A stretch of 64,000 nucleotides of DNA, from assembly GCF_017469785.1 (NCBI RefSeq), contig NZ_JAFUFU010000008.1, one strand, 5' to 3'. Positions 60,751 through 64,000 of this stretch are shown here, one piece after another. The stretch is from Treponema sp. GTDB lineage: Bacteria; Spirochaetota; Spirochaetia; Treponematales; Treponemataceae. Numbering within the stretch: the stretch's first letter is position 1; every line of letters starts with the position of its first letter. The position numbers and the translations under genes were made by a program. The notes under the pieces are model-generated. The model was not told the origin of the DNA, made no database searches, and saw only the letters and a program-made list of their open reading frames with translations.

Positions 60751-62003
60751 CAGAATTTTCACGCCGTGTCTCCAAAAAAATCGAAAAGCTTTCGCCGGCC
60801 CAGATTCAGTCCCTTGTAGAGGATGGCTATGCACAGATTGACATGTTCGACTCGATATTCCAGAGCCTTTCCACAGGCCTCATCATTGTTGACGATAATT
60901 TCTGTCTCTTAAAAGTCAACAAGAGTGCGGAGCGCTTCCTGCCGTTCTCAAGCAATCCCGAAGATTCCAAGGCTGAGAAGATTCCGGTATGGACTCTCAT
61001 TGATGACGAGGACATTTCCCGCTTCCTGAAAAATGCCTTTGAGGCCGACAAAACTAATATCTCCGATGAATTTACGGTTTCCACAAAGGGCGGCTCCGTT
61101 CGTTTCCTTGACCTTTATGTGAGTCCTCTTGTAGAAAACCTTAATCAGGAAAAAAATCTTATAGGAACCATTATCCGTATTGATGATGTGACTGAAAAGC
61201 GTAATCAGGAAGTGCTCCTTCACCGCATGGAAACACTTGCCGGACTTACGAATGTGGCGGCCAGCGTAGCCCACGAAATCAAAAATCCTCTTGGAGCAAT
61301 TTCGATTCACATTCAGCTCATGCAGAAGGCAATCCGGAAAAAAAGGGAGGGCGACGGTCTTCTTCCGCCTGAAAAATATGCCGAAGATTACCTTGAAGTC
61401 ATCACGCAGGAAATCGAGCGTCTGAACAAAATTGTCGTTGATTTCCTCATGGCTGTCCGCCCGATTTCGGCAAAACTGGAGCTGGTAAATCCTAACAAGA
61501 TTCTTTCAGAATTCATCTCCTTCTTCACGCCTGAATTTACCGAGAAGCACATCGAGCTTGAGTCAGAGCTTTGTGAATGTGATGTTAGGGTTCTTCTTGA
61601 TGCAAAACTTTTCAGGGAAGTCATCGTTAATCTTTCTCAGAATTCAATTTCGGCGATTCAGAAGAAATTTGACGATGACGAAAGCCGCATCCGCGGAAAA
61701 ATCAACATCACCAGCGGAATCGAAGGGGACAGGTATTTTCTTATTTTCAAGGACGACGGCATCGGCATGAACGATGAAACCCTTTCCCGGGTCTTTGAGC
61801 CTTATTTCACCACAAAATCCAACGGTACGGGGCTTGGCATGGCCATGAGCTATAAAATCATCAAAGAATTTTCCGGGGATATCACTGTGAATTCCGTTCT
61901 TGGTGACGGCACGGAGTTCATGATTTCACTTCCGATCCCCCAGATGGAAAGGAAACTCCTCACTTTTAAGGAAAATTGTCCTGATACTGGAGAAAAGGCA
62001 TGA
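60747..62003 (+). CDS. Cytoplasmic PAS-domain sensor histidine kinase
   Basis: The H-box SVAHEIKNPLGAI, an N-box, and the G-boxes DDGIGM and GTGLGMAM. No TM segment is present. Confidence 0.85.
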   Translation: MTEFSRRVSKKIEKLSPAQIQSLVEDGYAQIDMFDSIFQSLSTGLIIVDDNFCLLKVNKSAERFLPFSSNPEDSKAEKIPVWTLIDDEDISRFLKNAFEADKTNISDEFTVSTKGGSVRFLDLYVSPLVENLNQEKNLIGTIIRIDDVTEKRNQEVLLHRMETLAGLTNVAASVAHEIKNPLGAISIHIQLMQKAIRKKREGDGLLPPEKYAEDYLEVITQEIERLNKIVVDFLMAVRPISAKLELVNPNKILSEFISFFTPEFTEKHIELESELCECDVRVLLDAKLFREVIVNLSQNSISAIQKKFDDDESRIRGKINITSGIEGDRYFLIFKDDGIGMNDETLSRVFEPYFTTKSNGTGLGMAMSYKIIKEFSGDITVNSVLGDGTEFMISLPIPQMERKLLTFKENCPDTGEKA

Positions 62004-63376
62004 AATTCACGATCCTCATCATAGACGACGAAAAAAATATCCGCGAAGGCCTTGCCGCTGATTTTGAGATGGACGGCTACAACGTAAAGATTGCCGCCAA
62101 CGGTAAAGAAGGCCTTGATTTGATTGCGAACGGCGACATTGACCTTGTAATCACTGACCTTCGTATGCCAGGCTCCATTTCAGGCGAGCAGGTCCTGCGG
62201 GAAGTCACTACGAAGATGCCGGGAATTCCCGTTATCGTGCTTACCGGTCATGGCTCAATTGACGCGGCTGTAAGGGCCATGCAGGACGGAGCCTACGACT
62301 TTCTAACCAAGCCATTGAATCTGGAGCAGCTTGAGGTCATCGTAAGGCGTGCCCTTGAGGGCCGGGAGCTTTCGATTCAGCATGCCGAGCTTTTACGGCA
62401 GGTTGATACCAAGAAAAAAACGGATATGGTAATCGGAAAGAGCGCCGCAATGCAGAAGGTGATGAATCTTGTGAAAAAAGTCGCTGACGCCCGCATTTCC
62501 GTGCTGATTACCGGGGAAACCGGAGTAGGAAAGGAAGTCGTGGCCAATGCGATTCACAATCTCTCTTCCCGGAGCCAGAAGGCCTTTGTGCCAGTGGTCT
62601 GCTCTTCATTGAGCGAGACGCTTCTTGAAAGCGAGCTTTTCGGTCATGAAAAAGGGGCTTTTACCAATGCAGACAGCATGCACAAGGGAAAATTCGAGCT
62701 TGCTCACGGCGGAACGATTTTCCTTGATGAAATCGGTGAGATAAATATGAACGTTCAGGTAAAGCTTCTCCGGGTTCTGCAGGAGCGTAAATTCGAGCGG
62801 GTGGGCGGAGAGGTTCCCATTGAGGTCGATGTCCGTGTCATTGCCGCCACCAATAAAAATCTCGAGGAAGAAGTGAAAGCCGGCCGATTCCGAGAGGACT
62901 TGTATTTCCGTCTGAACGGAATCCATATCGAAGTGCCGCCTTTAAGGGAGCGCAAGGATGACCTGCCTTTGCTTTTGAATTCATTTCTTGAGCGATACAA
63001 CGGCGAGAACAATAAAAAAATCACCGGCTTTGACAGTCAGGCCAGAAGCGCAATTTACAAATACGATTGGCCTGGAAACATCCGTGAGTTGCAGCATTGC
63101 GTTGAGAGCTCGGTGGTTATGTCCAATGGCGATGAAATCACCCTTGAGGACTTGCCGCCTTCCGTGAGCCGGGCCAGCGGCGTGGAGAGCATTTCCGTTC
63201 CGGTTGGTATTACTCTGGATGAAGCCGAGAAAATCATTATTCAGGAAAATCTTGCAGCCAACAAGGGAAACAAGAGCCGTACTGCTGACATCCTTGGAAT
63301 AGGACGCAAGACCCTGCACCGGAAACTTCAGGAATACGGCATGGAGAGCGATGAAACGACTTCGGTCAATGATTAA
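62000..63376 (+). CDS. Sigma54-dependent response regulator (NtrC/Rrp2-like)
   Basis: Receiver domain (DLVITDLRMPG), AAA+ domain (GETGVGKE), ESELFGHEKGAFTNA (a GAFTGA variant) and a C-terminal Fis-type HTH. Confidence 0.9.
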   Translation: MKFTILIIDDEKNIREGLAADFEMDGYNVKIAANGKEGLDLIANGDIDLVITDLRMPGSISGEQVLREVTTKMPGIPVIVLTGHGSIDAAVRAMQDGAYDFLTKPLNLEQLEVIVRRALEGRELSIQHAELLRQVDTKKKTDMVIGKSAAMQKVMNLVKKVADARISVLITGETGVGKEVVANAIHNLSSRSQKAFVPVVCSSLSETLLESELFGHEKGAFTNADSMHKGKFELAHGGTIFLDEIGEINMNVQVKLLRVLQERKFERVGGEVPIEVDVRVIAATNKNLEEEVKAGRFREDLYFRLNGIHIEVPPLRERKDDLPLLLNSFLERYNGENNKKITGFDSQARSAIYKYDWPGNIRELQHCVESSVVMSNGDEITLEDLPPSVSRASGVESISVPVGITLDEAEKIIIQENLAANKGNKSRTADILGIGRKTLHRKLQEYGMESDETTSVND

Positions 63377-63411
63377 ATGAAAGTTTTTTTCATAAAAAAT
63401 GCTTTTTACTG

Positions 63412-63440
63412 TTGACTAAGTTTTTCATATTTGTTATAGT
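63412..63440 (+). promoter_or_regulatory. Sigma70 promoter of tRNA-Glu
   Basis: TTGACT at 63412-63417, a 17-nt spacer, then TGtTATAGT with the -10 at 63435-63440. Confidence 0.6.
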
Positions 63441-63473
63441 ATCAAAGTCAGCTCGCTACTGAGTTGCAATGAT

Positions 63474-63545
63474 GTCTCCTTCGTCTAGTGGTTAGGACAT
63501 CGGGTTTTCATCCCGACAACAGCAGTTCAATTCTGCTAGGAGATG
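63474..63545 (+). tRNA. tRNA-Glu (anticodon TTC)
   Basis: GTCTCCTTCGTCTAGTGGTTAGGACATCGGGTTTTCATCCCGACAACAGCAGTTCAATTCTGCTAGGAGATG. The anticodon loop is TTTTCAT. Confidence 0.9.
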
Positions 63546-63625
63546 AACTTATACCTTGCAACAAAAATCGTTTGCAAGGTTTTTTTATAATTTAGATTTG
63601 TAATTAATTTGGGAGATTTTTCTTT

Positions 63626-63904
63626 ATGGCAAGAAATCAGACATCTGCACAAAAAAGATTCCGTCAGAGTGAAGTTCGTCGCATGCACAACAAGGCTATC
63701 AAGAGCGAATGCCGTACTTACATACGTCAGTTCGTTGAGGCTGTTCAGGCAAAAGACTCAAAACTTGCACAGGAAAAGCTTGTTCTTTTGACTTCTAAAC
63801 TTGACTCTGCTCGCAGTAAGGGTGTCCTTAAGCGCAACGCTGTTTCACGCAAAAAGTCAAGAATGCAGAAACTCTACAATGTGACTTTTGCTGCTGCAAA
63901 CTAA
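63626..63904 (+). CDS. rpsT: 30S ribosomal protein S20
   Basis: MARNQTSAQKRFRQSEVRRMHNKAIKS. The protein is basic and 92 aa, with a GGGAG RBS. Confidence 0.9.
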   Translation: MARNQTSAQKRFRQSEVRRMHNKAIKSECRTYIRQFVEAVQAKDSKLAQEKLVLLTSKLDSARSKGVLKRNAVSRKKSRMQKLYNVTFAAAN

Positions 63905-63930
63905 GTTTTTCTGTATATTTTTAATATTAG

Positions 63931-63979
63931 GCTATCTGATTGTATGATACGTATGTACACTTCAGATAGCATTTTTTTT
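63931..63979 (+). terminator. Intrinsic terminator after rpsT
   Basis: GCTATCTGA (63931-63939) pairs with TCAGATAGC (63962-63970), followed by a T8 run. Confidence 0.7.
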
Positions 63980-64000
63980 AAGCAGGGTGTTATGTCTGTA

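Overview
This 64-kb segment is mostly housekeeping chromosome. It looks like a Treponema-like spirochaete, judging from the flgG and flgJ-like rod genes, F-L-S-C type lipoboxes, a very long LepB and an Hk2/Rrp2-like sigma54 pair. That taxon call is inference only. I can support about 56 protein genes, including dinB, trmB, ligA, lon, miaA, tatD, lepB, ilvB, an aconitase, a class I fumarase, murC, murG, holB and rpsT. There are also two tRNAs (Val-TAC, Glu-TTC) and one isolated 5S rRNA gene. I saw no transposase, integrase, CRISPR array or recognisable defence gene.

Observations worth a second look:
1. A single uninterrupted 1985-codon ORF joins a complete DNA polymerase IV to an internal signal peptide and a roughly 1580-aa predicted outer-membrane beta-barrel protein.
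2. An rnfCDGEAB-ordered six-gene cluster appears to lack nearly every cofactor-binding motif I can inspect by eye. A polytopic membrane gene precedes it and a GH57-like protein without the usual catalytic residues follows it.
3. A lipoprotein gene is split between its signal peptide and mature part by an A9-T-C9 homopolymer pair, which makes it a phase-variation candidate.
4. Two tandem, paralogous sRNA candidates are bounded by terminators and driven by promoters as strong as the rRNA and tRNA promoters.
5. An orphan 5S rRNA gene has its own promoter.
6. Two dispersed intergenic repeat families are present.
7. A perfect 28-bp palindrome lies in front of a STAS-domain operon.
8. The C-terminal codons of an EIIC-like gene are duplicated, and the copies differ almost only at synonymous positions.
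9. An exact sigma54 -24/-12 consensus lies inside lepB.

All functional calls come from motif recognition by eye in the supplied translations. No database search was run.
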